A DNA stretch of 64,000 nucleotides from Nitrosopumilus sp. GTDB lineage: Archaea; Thermoproteota; Nitrososphaeria; Nitrososphaerales; Nitrosopumilaceae. Made by a program: the position numbers and the translations under genes. The first letter of the stretch is position 1. Every line of letters starts with the position of its first letter. Below the pieces are notes generated by a model. The model searched no databases, was not told the origin of the DNA, and worked only from the letters and a program-made list of their open reading frames with translations. The stretch covers positions 640,001-704,000 of the forward strand of contig OZ240211.1 in assembly GCA_965197525.1 (NCBI GenBank), written 5' to 3'. Shown one piece after another: positions 52,626 to 61,528 of this stretch.

Positions 52626-52986
52626 TGTTCTCGGAATCATCAATAACTTTGATGGTATACTCACCTACTGGATAAGATTTGTATAAATAGAATCCTGATG
52701 CGTACAATCCTTGATCCGTTACAAAGATATCAGATACTGTTGTTGTAATACCGTCAGGATGAATCAACTCTGCTGTAATTGTGTCTCCTAGTTTTTGGGT
52801 ACTGCCTGAATAAAGTACGCTTGCAGGAAGATGTTGTTTTACAAATAGATCGTTTTGCAGTGTCAGGGCATGAGCGTCAAATGGGATGACAGTAAATGGG
52901 ATGACAGTAAATGGGATGACAGTAAAGAGAATGACTGCAACGACGGCACCAACACCAATGGTAGATATACAAAATATTCCAGTCAT
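52558..52986 (-). CDS. Secreted hypothetical protein, probably 3'-truncated; VIPFT unit duplicated in the signal region
   Basis: Hydrophobic N-terminus with AHA cleavage site; 15-bp tandem AAATGGGATGACAGT. Confidence 0.5.
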   Translation of the reverse strand: MTGIFCISTIGVGAVVAVILFTVIPFTVIPFTVIPFDAHALTLQNDLFVKQHLPASVLYSGSTQKLGDTITAELIHPDGITTTVSDIFVTDQGLYASGFYLYKSYPVGEYTIKVIDDSENKLDNIHIAFQFYFVAGKISVRL

Positions 52987-53750
52987 AAGCCGATATGCTT
53001 GACTCGACTAATACAAGATACAGATATTGATGATGCATATGCCACTTTTTTGAGAGTGATCTCTTTGTCTGATGCTCGATAAACACAATACCCTCCAAGA
53101 CATTTTGGGTTAACTCCTGATGCTCTTGTGTCATGTATAAGGATATCAGAATATTCTAATGCTTTTTTGAGGACTGTTTGATGTAAATTGAGATCAGTGC
53201 ACATCTTTGTTATTATTGACTTGATGTATGTAGAAGAGTCAAGAATGATTTTAAAGTCAACTAGTATGGTTCTGTACAATTTGTTGACGGTCTTCTCTGA
53301 AGTCTTCTCTACAATGTCATCAGGATTAAGTATCTTGCCATGTAATTTACAAGATACCATGACTAGTGCGACTATTAACGAGTGTCGCTTACATCCTTTG
53401 TAGAGGTTATTTTTAATAATCTTGTTACATATGTGAAATGAATGAGTTCGGATTGCAGATGTTGCATGAATTTGATCTAATATTGTGCATAATCGTTGCA
53501 TCAAGGATTTGTATCTAGCGTTTGTTCTGGTTTGAGACGTTGGTAAATAGGATGACGATGAGGATGTAGATGTATAATCTACAACATTAACAGATATTAC
53601 CACGCCACAATTTTGGCAAATTTGTTCACCTGCACTGACATCAAATACGATATAGGGTGCAGTAGCACAGAGGCATTTAGATATCACAGATTTTAGGGAA
53701 GGATATGGTTCTGTATACGAGGTATCCCACGCGTTTGGAATTGGATTCAT
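52983..53750 (-). CDS. tfb: Divergent transcription factor B (TFB/TFIIB) homologue
   Basis: Zn ribbon CLC...GEQICQNCGVV and two cyclin repeats (KGCKRHSLIVA; SGVNPKCLGGYCVY). Confidence 0.7.
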   Translation of the reverse strand: MNPIPNAWDTSYTEPYPSLKSVISKCLCATAPYIVFDVSAGEQICQNCGVVISVNVVDYTSTSSSSSYLPTSQTRTNARYKSLMQRLCTILDQIHATSAIRTHSFHICNKIIKNNLYKGCKRHSLIVALVMVSCKLHGKILNPDDIVEKTSEKTVNKLYRTILVDFKIILDSSTYIKSIITKMCTDLNLHQTVLKKALEYSDILIHDTRASGVNPKCLGGYCVYRASDKEITLKKVAYASSISVSCISRVKHIGL

Positions 53751-53756
53751 TTTAAT

Positions 53757-54008
53757 CTAAGATTCGTTGTGACTTTGGTTGGAAGATTCGTCTAGATAAT
53801 CGGATAATATTGCAGGGATTAATACTAGTTGTTTATGATAACCGGTGTATGCTGATGATGTCACATTTACAGCAGGTTTTAGTCTAGTGACTGGACCGTT
53901 TTTTATGGTTGCTAGTGACACAAAACGATGTACGCGATATTGTCTATTCTTTGAGGTTTGTTCAAAAAAATGTCTATGATTAGGCATGTGTTGTATTATT
54001 GATGACAT
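53757..54008 (-). CDS. Hypothetical protein
   Basis: 83-aa ORF between helicase and TFB on the same strand. Confidence 0.35.
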   Translation of the reverse strand: MSSIIQHMPNHRHFFEQTSKNRQYRVHRFVSLATIKNGPVTRLKPAVNVTSSAYTGYHKQLVLIPAILSDYLDESSNQSHNES

Positions 54009-54076
54009 TTTTGCTAATAAGGCGCATTTTACATCAATTCGTAGATATTTTTTACTCTAATCACAGATAAAATTCG

Positions 54077-56773
54077 TTAGAGGTTTGTCAGTTCATCTTT
54101 GATCTTTTGGTACAACAACTCGTCTTTTTCATTCGTTAATAATTCGTCGATGAATGTTTCAGGATTTCTCCTCCACTCAAGAACCTTTTGTAGACGTTCT
54201 TCAAATTTCGGATAACTAGCTCTTTTTCCTTCTTCTATTAGAGCCATGTCAAATCTACCTGTGTTGATTCCATCTCGTAGCGCTACAAAGATCACACACG
54301 TACTGATCTTTTCTTCAGGAATCTCTTCTGCAATCGAGAGCATTCTCTTGTATACTGCCAGCTGTCTTGTATGTTCTGATTTACGAGTTAGCTTTTTGTC
54401 CGTCTTGTAATCCACAATGAGATATCCTTGATCATGCTTGAATACTGCATCCATGTATCCTGTAAATAACAAGTTGTCATCATCCGAATAACTAGTCATT
54501 GAACCTAGAGGGATCTTTTGGTATTTCTCAGTAGCAATCAACTTCAAGCCAGGTAGATCCCCTCTTAGTCTATCAACTGCATCTAGTGCATTTTGTACCG
54601 CTTTTCTTACTTTATCGTCGTCATAGTCTTCAAGTCTTGTCTTGTTTGTAAAAACCTCCTGTATTGCTTTATGAACGCGACTTCCTAGCTTGGTTCCTGA
54701 AGAAGAGTGCGGCATATTGACTATGTTGTCTAGCATGAATTCGTACGCATCCGTCTTTATGCCAGAGTACGAGAGACGATCTATCTTTGCAAAGTAATCC
54801 TTGACATACTGTTTTAGCCACAAGTTTTTGTGTTGTAACAGTTCTTTTGCATCAGAATCCATGCCTTGAACAAACAACGAATATGCTTTTGATAGCTTTG
54901 TACTTGAATTCATTACTATACCAGCCGGCTCGTTGTTTGAACGATCATCAACCTCCATATCAGAAAAACCCTCTACGTGATAGTTTTGTTTAGAATTTTT
55001 ATTACCATCCACAATCACTACGAGTTTTTCCTTTGCCCTAGTAAATGCTACAAAGTCAACCCTCAACGATTCGTCTTCTACCTCATCTTTCACATCTATC
55101 TGACGCGATAACAAAATTGACTCCACAATGGTGTTTATAAAACTGGTCTTCTTTTTTGGGGTAACTGGAATGTATACTGCCACGTCAAACTCTCGTCCTT
55201 TTGCCTTGTGAACAGTGGTCAGAGTTATTTGAGAGTCACTACGGCGTTCCATTCTGGATTCTTCCCCGATGACGATAAAGTCAAGCAACCCCTCTAGTGT
55301 CGGCATTTCAAATGTCAGATATTCGTCAACTTCTTGTTTGAGTGATATCGCAGTTGTAAACCATTCAGCACCCTTAGAGACACATACTGGCAGTATGATA
55401 CAGTCAAACACCCTATCCATGTCTTCTCTCGTCAGTTCTGCACCTAGTTTGATACTGTCAGATGCGGCGGCGCCATCACGCCTTTTTGCATCATATTCCC
55501 TAGAAAACCCAAACGCTTCTTGGAGGGAATACCTAGAGAAGACAGTAAACGTTCCCCTAATTTTGTCTTCAATACTGTCTGAGAGTAATCCTTTGAGATA
55601 TGTTTGGATCTCTTCTTTTGCTCGTTGTGTCGTCACTTGGGATGATGTTGATGTGTATGTTATACTATTTGCATCCAACACCTTTGAAATCTCAATTATC
55701 TGCTTGTTTGTTCTCGTAATGATTCCAATTGTCTTGTTCGGATTTTCCTTGATCAGATCCAAAACTTTCATTGTACTGTTGTTACTTGATATGACTTGTG
55801 GCATATCTCCTGTCATATCTGATTGAAATCCCTCTAATTCCTCTTTGAATTTATCTCTGTTCTCAATATTTTCAAGAAAATATTCTGTTGCGTAATTTAA
55901 AATTTGTTGGGTACTGCGATAATTTTCAGTTAACTGTTTTTTTGTGCATGTCTTTTCAAATCTATCAAAGTTATTGACAGATCCCCCTTGAAATCCAAAG
56001 ATTGCCTGTTTTGAATCGCCTACCAAAAACAAGTTCTCTGCAACCATTTGTGCAATATCAGCCTCAATTTCATTCATATCCTGCATCTCATCGACTAGTA
56101 CATGCTCGAACTTGGCACCGCCAAACTCGTCTTTAAATACCAAAAGCATGTCCGAATAATCAACTGCATCTAATTTTGATGTTTCATATTCCTCGTACGC
56201 CTTGACAAAATATCTTAAAAACATCCTCATCTCTTGCATGGTATATGTAGATGATTTTTCATCAAAAATTTTCTCAATTATCCCTTCTGTTTTTTTGATA
56301 TTTATCTTGTCTGGCTTGATGCCCCAACTTTTGATGTATCTTATTGCATTCTCCGTCTTGGGCACGATCTCTGTAATTATGTAATTTTTCTCATAATTTA
56401 ACGCGTTGTTCTGCTCAAAACTCTTCAATATTGAAAATCTCAAGTTGTTATTCCCTACAATATCCCCTGAAATCTTGCCCTGGTCACGCAGATAGTTATA
56501 TGCAAAACTATGAAACGTGTGAATACTAATCTTCATAATATCCGCATTCAGAAGAAGTTTGTCTTTTGCATTCTTCATAATTGCATCAAACATCTCTTTT
56601 TTGGCCTTTTCAGTAAACGTGATACAGAGAATGTTTTCCGGACTAGTTCCATTCTCAAGCAGTTTGATTACTTTGTATGACAGTGTTGTGGTCTTTCCCG
56701 TCCCAGGGTTTGCCACCACTAGGGTGTTCTCTTTTGTATTGATGATGTCTTGTTGTTTTTTTGAAAATCCCAT
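54077..56773 (-). CDS. UvrD/REP SF1 helicase fused to C-terminal PD-(D/E)xK nuclease (AddA-like)
   Basis: ANPGTGKTT, VDEMQD, GDSKQAIFGF, ENYRS, TVHKAKGREF, VAFTRAKE; then GYMDAVF...IVDYKT...QLAVY. Confidence 0.88.
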   Translation of the reverse strand: MGFSKKQQDIINTKENTLVVANPGTGKTTTLSYKVIKLLENGTSPENILCITFTEKAKKEMFDAIMKNAKDKLLLNADIMKISIHTFHSFAYNYLRDQGKISGDIVGNNNLRFSILKSFEQNNALNYEKNYIITEIVPKTENAIRYIKSWGIKPDKINIKKTEGIIEKIFDEKSSTYTMQEMRMFLRYFVKAYEEYETSKLDAVDYSDMLLVFKDEFGGAKFEHVLVDEMQDMNEIEADIAQMVAENLFLVGDSKQAIFGFQGGSVNNFDRFEKTCTKKQLTENYRSTQQILNYATEYFLENIENRDKFKEELEGFQSDMTGDMPQVISSNNSTMKVLDLIKENPNKTIGIITRTNKQIIEISKVLDANSITYTSTSSQVTTQRAKEEIQTYLKGLLSDSIEDKIRGTFTVFSRYSLQEAFGFSREYDAKRRDGAAASDSIKLGAELTREDMDRVFDCIILPVCVSKGAEWFTTAISLKQEVDEYLTFEMPTLEGLLDFIVIGEESRMERRSDSQITLTTVHKAKGREFDVAVYIPVTPKKKTSFINTIVESILLSRQIDVKDEVEDESLRVDFVAFTRAKEKLVVIVDGNKNSKQNYHVEGFSDMEVDDRSNNEPAGIVMNSSTKLSKAYSLFVQGMDSDAKELLQHKNLWLKQYVKDYFAKIDRLSYSGIKTDAYEFMLDNIVNMPHSSSGTKLGSRVHKAIQEVFTNKTRLEDYDDDKVRKAVQNALDAVDRLRGDLPGLKLIATEKYQKIPLGSMTSYSDDDNLLFTGYMDAVFKHDQGYLIVDYKTDKKLTRKSEHTRQLAVYKRMLSIAEEIPEEKISTCVIFVALRDGINTGRFDMALIEEGKRASYPKFEERLQKVLEWRRNPETFIDELLTNEKDELLYQKIKDELTNL

Positions 56774-56959
56774 AATTATTTACACACTCTACTCCTTGGT
56801 TTTAATCTATACTACATGACAACTATCGCTTAGATTGCCACTCAATTATATTATTTGCCTGTATTGCAGTTATGAGTCATGGAAAGTGTGTGCTTGGCTG
56901 ATTGATACAAGTATTCAGTAATTCTCTTGCATGATCATGCCCAAATGATTACTCTTGTA

Positions 56960-57170
56960 GTATTCTACAGTAACGGACTGGCAACTTTACAGTAGGCAAT
57001 TCTTCATGGAAAGCATCGGTAGGGGATATCAGTCTCAACAGAATGTACCGGGAGTTTGGAAACCCTGGCATTCTAGTAAGAAAAAGAATGGCTGTTTTCT
57101 GCGACGGAGACTTTCGGTCCAATATGATGGCCGATTTCTTCTGCAAGCTGCTTGTACCTTGCCTCTTCAA
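56960..57170 (+). pseudogene. Possible Vsr (very short patch repair) endonuclease remnant
   Basis: Frame reading YREFGNPGILVRKRMAVFCDGDFR resembles Vsr PGKPDIVF...AVFxDGDFWH; frameshifted. Confidence 0.35.
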
Positions 57171-57219
57171 AGTTCAATAAAAAAATATATAGTTTAACAC
57201 CACTAGTACAATAGGGGTT

Positions 57220-57277
57220 TGCCGTCGCGCAGCTCTAGGGAAGCAGTCTTCCGCATCTGAGCGGACCTGCTTCCCGC
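57220..57277 (-). ncRNA. Structured RNA motif downstream of the DUF3800 gene
   Basis: 9-bp stem GGGAAGCAG/CTGCTTCCC with inner TCCGC/GCGGA hairpin; homologous copy at 13435-13493. Confidence 0.6.
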
Positions 57278-57300
57278 TATTTGTAGTATCACGTTTCATC

Positions 57301-58047
57301 TTAGCGTGAAGACGAGATCTCATTTATACCAACGCCATACAATCGGTTACCAGAACGATACATCTTTGAATTTAGTAACTTGAACCATTTTGCAAACATC
57401 GGATCCTTCTTGTAATGCTTGTGTATCACATACGCAATCATGTCTGCTAACTGGATCATATTCCACCTAAAGGATTCTACAAATATTGGATTCTCGATGA
57501 CATGACTGTCTCCCAGTCGATTATTCTTGCCTCTCTGCACCTGACTTGATATAAGGTTCTTGATCTCTGTGTCAGGATTCTTGTGACTAGAATCTATAAA
57601 GAACAGTCCATCGTTAATAGGAATCTGGTTACGTTCCAAAAAATTCTCAAATCTAATGACTAGTCGCCGCCAAGAATATTTCATAACAGCATGAGATCGC
57701 CTTTGCTTTAGCATGTCCTTGAAGACGATTACGTTGACTAGGACGATTTCTGACTTGCATGCGATATCAACAACCCTTGAAAATATCTCATCTTTCTTTG
57801 CGCGGTTTAGGTTTAGCTCTTTTTTTGCAAAAAACTCCCGATCATGCCAAATATCAGATGCGTGCAGTTCCCATTCATCTGAACGAAATTCTGGAAACAG
57901 ATCCTGTTTCATATCAACAAGGCTCTTTTCAACGGATCTCCAATCTTTCTCGTGAACCAGCACTCCACTCAAGATATACAAGCCGTTATCTGAACTACGA
58001 GATTTTATTGCTGTTTGTCCTGATTCATCCACATATAGAAAATACAT
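57301..58047 (-). CDS. DUF3800 family protein; start set at ATG 58047
   Basis: MYFLYVDESG, ELHASDI, FIDS, S...IQLADMIAY. Confidence 0.85.
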   Translation of the reverse strand: MYFLYVDESGQTAIKSRSSDNGLYILSGVLVHEKDWRSVEKSLVDMKQDLFPEFRSDEWELHASDIWHDREFFAKKELNLNRAKKDEIFSRVVDIACKSEIVLVNVIVFKDMLKQRRSHAVMKYSWRRLVIRFENFLERNQIPINDGLFFIDSSHKNPDTEIKNLISSQVQRGKNNRLGDSHVIENPIFVESFRWNMIQLADMIAYVIHKHYKKDPMFAKWFKLLNSKMYRSGNRLYGVGINEISSSR

Positions 58048-58193
58048 GATTATATCACATGACATGTAAATAAAAACCATGCATCTAGCTATGTACATGC
58101 ACCCAAAACCATACATAAAATTTTATCATATTGAATAAGGAATCATTTTTTTTTTTTTTGATTAAGAGATCTATATGGCCATCACAATCATCA

Positions 58194-58439
58194 TCACCAT
58201 GATAATATGATGATGATGATAAAATCAAATACGATATCCTGATATTCATAGCTAGTCAAGCTAGCTGTTATGCCGTCACGGTCTTGAATCTGCACCAAGT
58301 ATGCAAAATCCTGATCCCGGTCTCGGATGTGAAACAGATTAACACTTGACTGTACTTGGTTATCTGGAGTCATAATATCAAGGCTGAGTAAAAAACAATA
58401 TTTTATCAGATGCTGTTTGGTAATTTTATCGTCTGTCAA
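58194..58439 (-). pseudogene. Remnant of a thaumarchaeal S-layer-type C-terminal domain gene (copy A)
   Basis: DNQVQSSVNL...RDQDFAYLVQIQDRDGITASL resembles the conserved S-layer C-terminal QQVQI..DL......FAYLVQIQD..GVT.SL; homologous DNA at 63210-63760. Confidence 0.6.
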
Positions 58440-58503
58440 TCTTCATTACTCCATCTGAACATATTATCAGAATCGCGCGGAGAAGATGACAAAACAGCTT
58501 TAC

Positions 58504-58591
58504 ATTATATAAAGAAGTTGTCAATGGAATTGAAATTATTATATAAAGAAGTTGTCAATGGAATTGAAATTATTATATAAAGAAGTTGTCA
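58504..58591. repeat. 34-bp tandem repeat, 2 units plus 20 bp
   Basis: Unit ATTATATAAAGAAGTTGTCAATGGAATTGAAATT. Confidence 0.9.
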
Positions 58592-58792
58592 TATAGTGTG
58601 TCAATAGTGTAGAATAATCAAAGAAAGAGACATAAGAAATGTAAATCACTGGTGAGATTACCCAAAAAATATTGATAAAGATAAACATATTCAAAGTTGG
58701 AATGAAACACAACTCAAACATACTCCATGCATGTCTTTTGAGATAACTGAGAGATGACAAATGTTTATAACAATTTAAACATATAACTAAAC

Positions 58793-58951
58793 ATGAAAGA
58801 ATCGGATATTCAGAGACGAATAGACTGTATTGAAAAAGGAATTCAAAGTTTGGAATCAGTTGATTTAGATTCTATTACAGGGCCATCACGTAAACGACTA
58901 AAAGAGTTAAAACAAATGCAAGACCAAAAACAAAAAATTACACAAAAATAA
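58793..58951 (+). CDS. Small coiled-coil hypothetical protein (52 aa)
   Basis: Manual translation MKESDIQRRIDCIEKGIQSLE...; below ORF-track cutoff. Confidence 0.35.
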   Translation: MKESDIQRRIDCIEKGIQSLESVDLDSITGPSRKRLKELKQMQDQKQKITQK

Positions 58952-59083
58952 TTATTACACCTATAGTACGATCTAATAAAATTACATATTAGGCATAAAC
59001 AATATTTACTCATATTTTTTTATTTTCTAAACATCATTTAATAATTTATTATATTTTAAATACATAAAATAATATAACAGCAT

Positions 59084-59257
59084 ATGTCATATGACGCATA
59101 TAGTGAAGATATTAAAAAAGCAGAAATGAGAATAGAAGCTGTTAGTAAATATATAATTGAACTAGAATTGTTAGAGGAATACACAATAGCAGATGAACTG
59201 AGACAAGATTTAATACGTTTAGAAAAAGAACTTGTTGATCTTAAAGAATTACAATAA
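59084..59257 (+). CDS. Small acidic coiled-coil hypothetical protein (57 aa)
   Basis: Manual translation MSYDAYSEDIKKAEMRIEAVSKYIIELELLEEY... Confidence 0.4.
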   Translation: MSYDAYSEDIKKAEMRIEAVSKYIIELELLEEYTIADELRQDLIRLEKELVDLKELQ

Positions 59258-59832
59258 AATAATATTTTAAAAATATTGTTTTTATACACATGTATTACAA
59301 ATGAGAAAAAATCATCCGAATGGAATAATTTTGAATGAAAAAATTCATCCGAAATTGTTATTTTTTAGTGGTTTTTTGATTAAATTAATTAAGTCTAGAT
59401 GATAATACCATATCTCTGATTTAACAGTCTTAAAACAAACAACAAGTATATCCGTAATCGAACAGTGACTGTAAATATCCTGAATTTTAAACAATGTAAA
59501 AATATTTCATCGCCTTCATCACTTTGGATGAATTTCCCATGTGGTTTTGTAAATGCAGACTTGTCCATTCAAAAGATCCCTTTAAAGCAAGTTAGACAAG
59601 AAACGCTGCTCTTAGTATAGAATGGTATACTATGATCATTTCTTAGGATAGAAAATACCATTATTCTTTAATAAGAAAAAATCTTATTAAAAAAAGATTA
59701 TGGTGATTTCAGTAGATTGGAATCTACCTGAAATTTAGTCGATTATATCTCCCAAATTAGACCAGATTGCCAATAGCGCCACGATATAACATGGAAGATA
59801 AAAGAGAGTAGGTAGGCAGATGGCTCAGATGT

Positions 59833-59961
59833 CTAGTCAGTCACATCCACATCACCACTAATAGACTGCGACAATGCAGTCGGATTATCGAGGGACTTCC
59901 ATACAAACGCAGTGATACTGTATGTACCAGTCTCAGTAGGAATCCAGGATACTGCCGGACT
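59833..59961 (-). pseudogene. Last 42 codons of an S-layer-type C-terminal domain gene, cut off by the IS6 element
   Basis: SPAVSWIPTETGTYSITAFVWKSLDNPTALSQSISGDVDVTD*; continues the frame that breaks at about 63210. Confidence 0.75.
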
Positions 59962-59968
59962 GGTTCTG

Positions 59969-61120
59969 TTAACTTGACGAGTGGTAATTCTTCCTGTTAA
60001 CTGTCGAGGGGTTGGATTTTGAGGCGTTCTGTATAATGGTTAGCCATTTGTTGTTACCCTTGATCTCAATCCCTGCTCTGTCTGCTGGAGTGTCACCGTC
60101 TAAACTCATGTGAGGTCTGATGTAATTGTGATATAATTTGATACCGTCTATTGCAGGCGAGTCATCTTTTTTGAGTCCTCGAAACACTTTCTCACGGTCT
60201 CGGAACTCACCGTTTAACCTCTCTTGGATATTGTTGTTTGCCACTTGGTTTTTGAAATGTACCTCTTTGATATGTTTGCTTGGTTTATGTAAGAAATTCT
60301 TCTGAGCAAACTCTTTTTTGAAAGCGTCATTATACGCTGGTAATCCATCCGTTACAAATACGCGGGGTGTCTTTTTTGCTACTGTTTTACCCATCTTTAA
60401 CAGACTTTGTGCATCATGCTTGAACTTGCTATCAGCTACTTCTTGAGCAATCCAAAAACGTGTCTCGTTGTCCATCATGGCAAACAAATACTTGCGATCA
60501 CCCTTTACTTTAAGCCATACCTCATCCGCATGCCACTTCTCGCCTACTTGTGGGGTTATTGTACTCAGATAATCATCCATAATCTTGATGTATTTTTTGA
60601 CCCATTTGTAAATAGCAACATGAGACATATTGACACCTTGTAATCTTAGAAATTTTTGTACTCCTCTCAGAGATTCACCTGTAAAGTACAACTGCATAGC
60701 TTGTGTAATCATATCAGGTGTGGCTCTCATTCCCTCAAATCCCAAATTTACTGAGAATTTCTTAGAGCATGATTTGCACTTGAATATCTGCAAGTCATAA
60801 TTCTTGTTGTGTCTAACTCCCCATTTGGACACGTCATTAGAACCGCAGAACTGACAAGATTTGACGTCAACAGTTTCAATAACATGTTTCTTTACTTCCT
60901 TGCGTATCTTCAAAGATATTTCTACGGCATGAATGTGTTTACAGCACACCTTACGGAACTGATGATCAGGACATGAGCAACTCCAGCCAAATTCAGTACC
61001 CACCACATCATATAGGGAATCACTGTTTTGGCTTTTGGCCTCGTAGTGTGTATCATTTACTCTCTTGATCTGATCCTGTTTCTCTACTATGGTTTGACCT
61101 CTGGTCTGTCTTGTGTTCAT
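59969..61120 (-). CDS. IS6-family DDE transposase with N-terminal SWIM finger and Zn ribbon
   Basis: CSCPD...CKH SWIM; CQFC...CKSC; WHADE, VTDGLPAY, NNIQERLN triad intact; stop inside the TIR. Confidence 0.9.
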   Translation of the reverse strand: MNTRQTRGQTIVEKQDQIKRVNDTHYEAKSQNSDSLYDVVGTEFGWSCSCPDHQFRKVCCKHIHAVEISLKIRKEVKKHVIETVDVKSCQFCGSNDVSKWGVRHNKNYDLQIFKCKSCSKKFSVNLGFEGMRATPDMITQAMQLYFTGESLRGVQKFLRLQGVNMSHVAIYKWVKKYIKIMDDYLSTITPQVGEKWHADEVWLKVKGDRKYLFAMMDNETRFWIAQEVADSKFKHDAQSLLKMGKTVAKKTPRVFVTDGLPAYNDAFKKEFAQKNFLHKPSKHIKEVHFKNQVANNNIQERLNGEFRDREKVFRGLKKDDSPAIDGIKLYHNYIRPHMSLDGDTPADRAGIEIKGNNKWLTIIQNASKSNPSTVNRKNYHSSS

Positions 61121-61160
61121 ATCGTTGACACCTCAAAAATTAATATAGAGTAAAAACAAG

Positions 61161-61261
61161 TGGTGAGTGTGGGATTTGAACCCACGATGTGCTCGTCACA
61201 CAATCGCCTTTCTGAGGCAATCGCTTCAGGGCGACACCTTACCATTCTAGATAAACTCACC
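61161..61261 (-). tRNA. Atypical tRNA: GAA anticodon after splicing a 14-nt BHB intron, long variable arm (Leu-like body)
   Basis: GGTGAGT/ACTCACC acceptor, A73, ATCT/AGGT D stem, TCGCC/GGCGA anticodon stem, BHB helix CTGA/TCAG with AGC and AAA bulges, TGTGT/GCACA variable stem, GTGGG-TTCAAAT-CCCAC T arm. Confidence 0.8.
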
Positions 61262-61271
61262 ATGTATAATC

Positions 61272-61314
61272 TAATCCTTAAGGATTATATTAATGTATGT
61301 TTTTTCCTTAAGGA
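61272..61314. promoter_or_regulatory. Twin palindromic operator in the divergent tRNA/AbrB promoter region
   Basis: TAATCCTTAAGGATTA (61272-61287, perfect 16 bp) and TCCTTAAGGA (61305-61314) flank an AT-rich TATA-like segment. Confidence 0.55.
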
Positions 61315-61353
61315 CTAGTAACTCTTAAATTACAAATATTTTTCTAACTTCGT

Positions 61354-61524
61354 ATGGGACGATGGAAAAAAGATGAAACGGAATACACGGTAAATCTGAA
61401 CCATGACAAAAGACGGGGATGTATTGCAATAATACCAAAACCGATTTTGGAAAAGCTGTCGCAGCCTGACCAGATCATGTTCAAACTGTCAAAGCATGGA
61501 ATATTGGTAAAAGCAGGAGATTAA
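61354..61524 (+). CDS. Small AbrB/SpoVT-like DNA-binding protein (56 aa)
   Basis: Manual translation MGRWKKDETEYTVNLNHDKRRGCIAIIPKPILEKLSQPDQIMFKLSKHGILVKAGD; IPKPI..KL pattern. Confidence 0.6.
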   Translation: MGRWKKDETEYTVNLNHDKRRGCIAIIPKPILEKLSQPDQIMFKLSKHGILVKAGD

Positions 61525-61528
61525 CAGA

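Noticed and set aside
61201-61222. Unspliced alternative reading of the odd tRNA as Ser(AGA) using ATTGCC/GGCGAT
   Set aside because: It would leave an unpaired insertion between the D and anticodon arms, needs C33, and conflicts with A73; the BHB reading fits all canonical positions.
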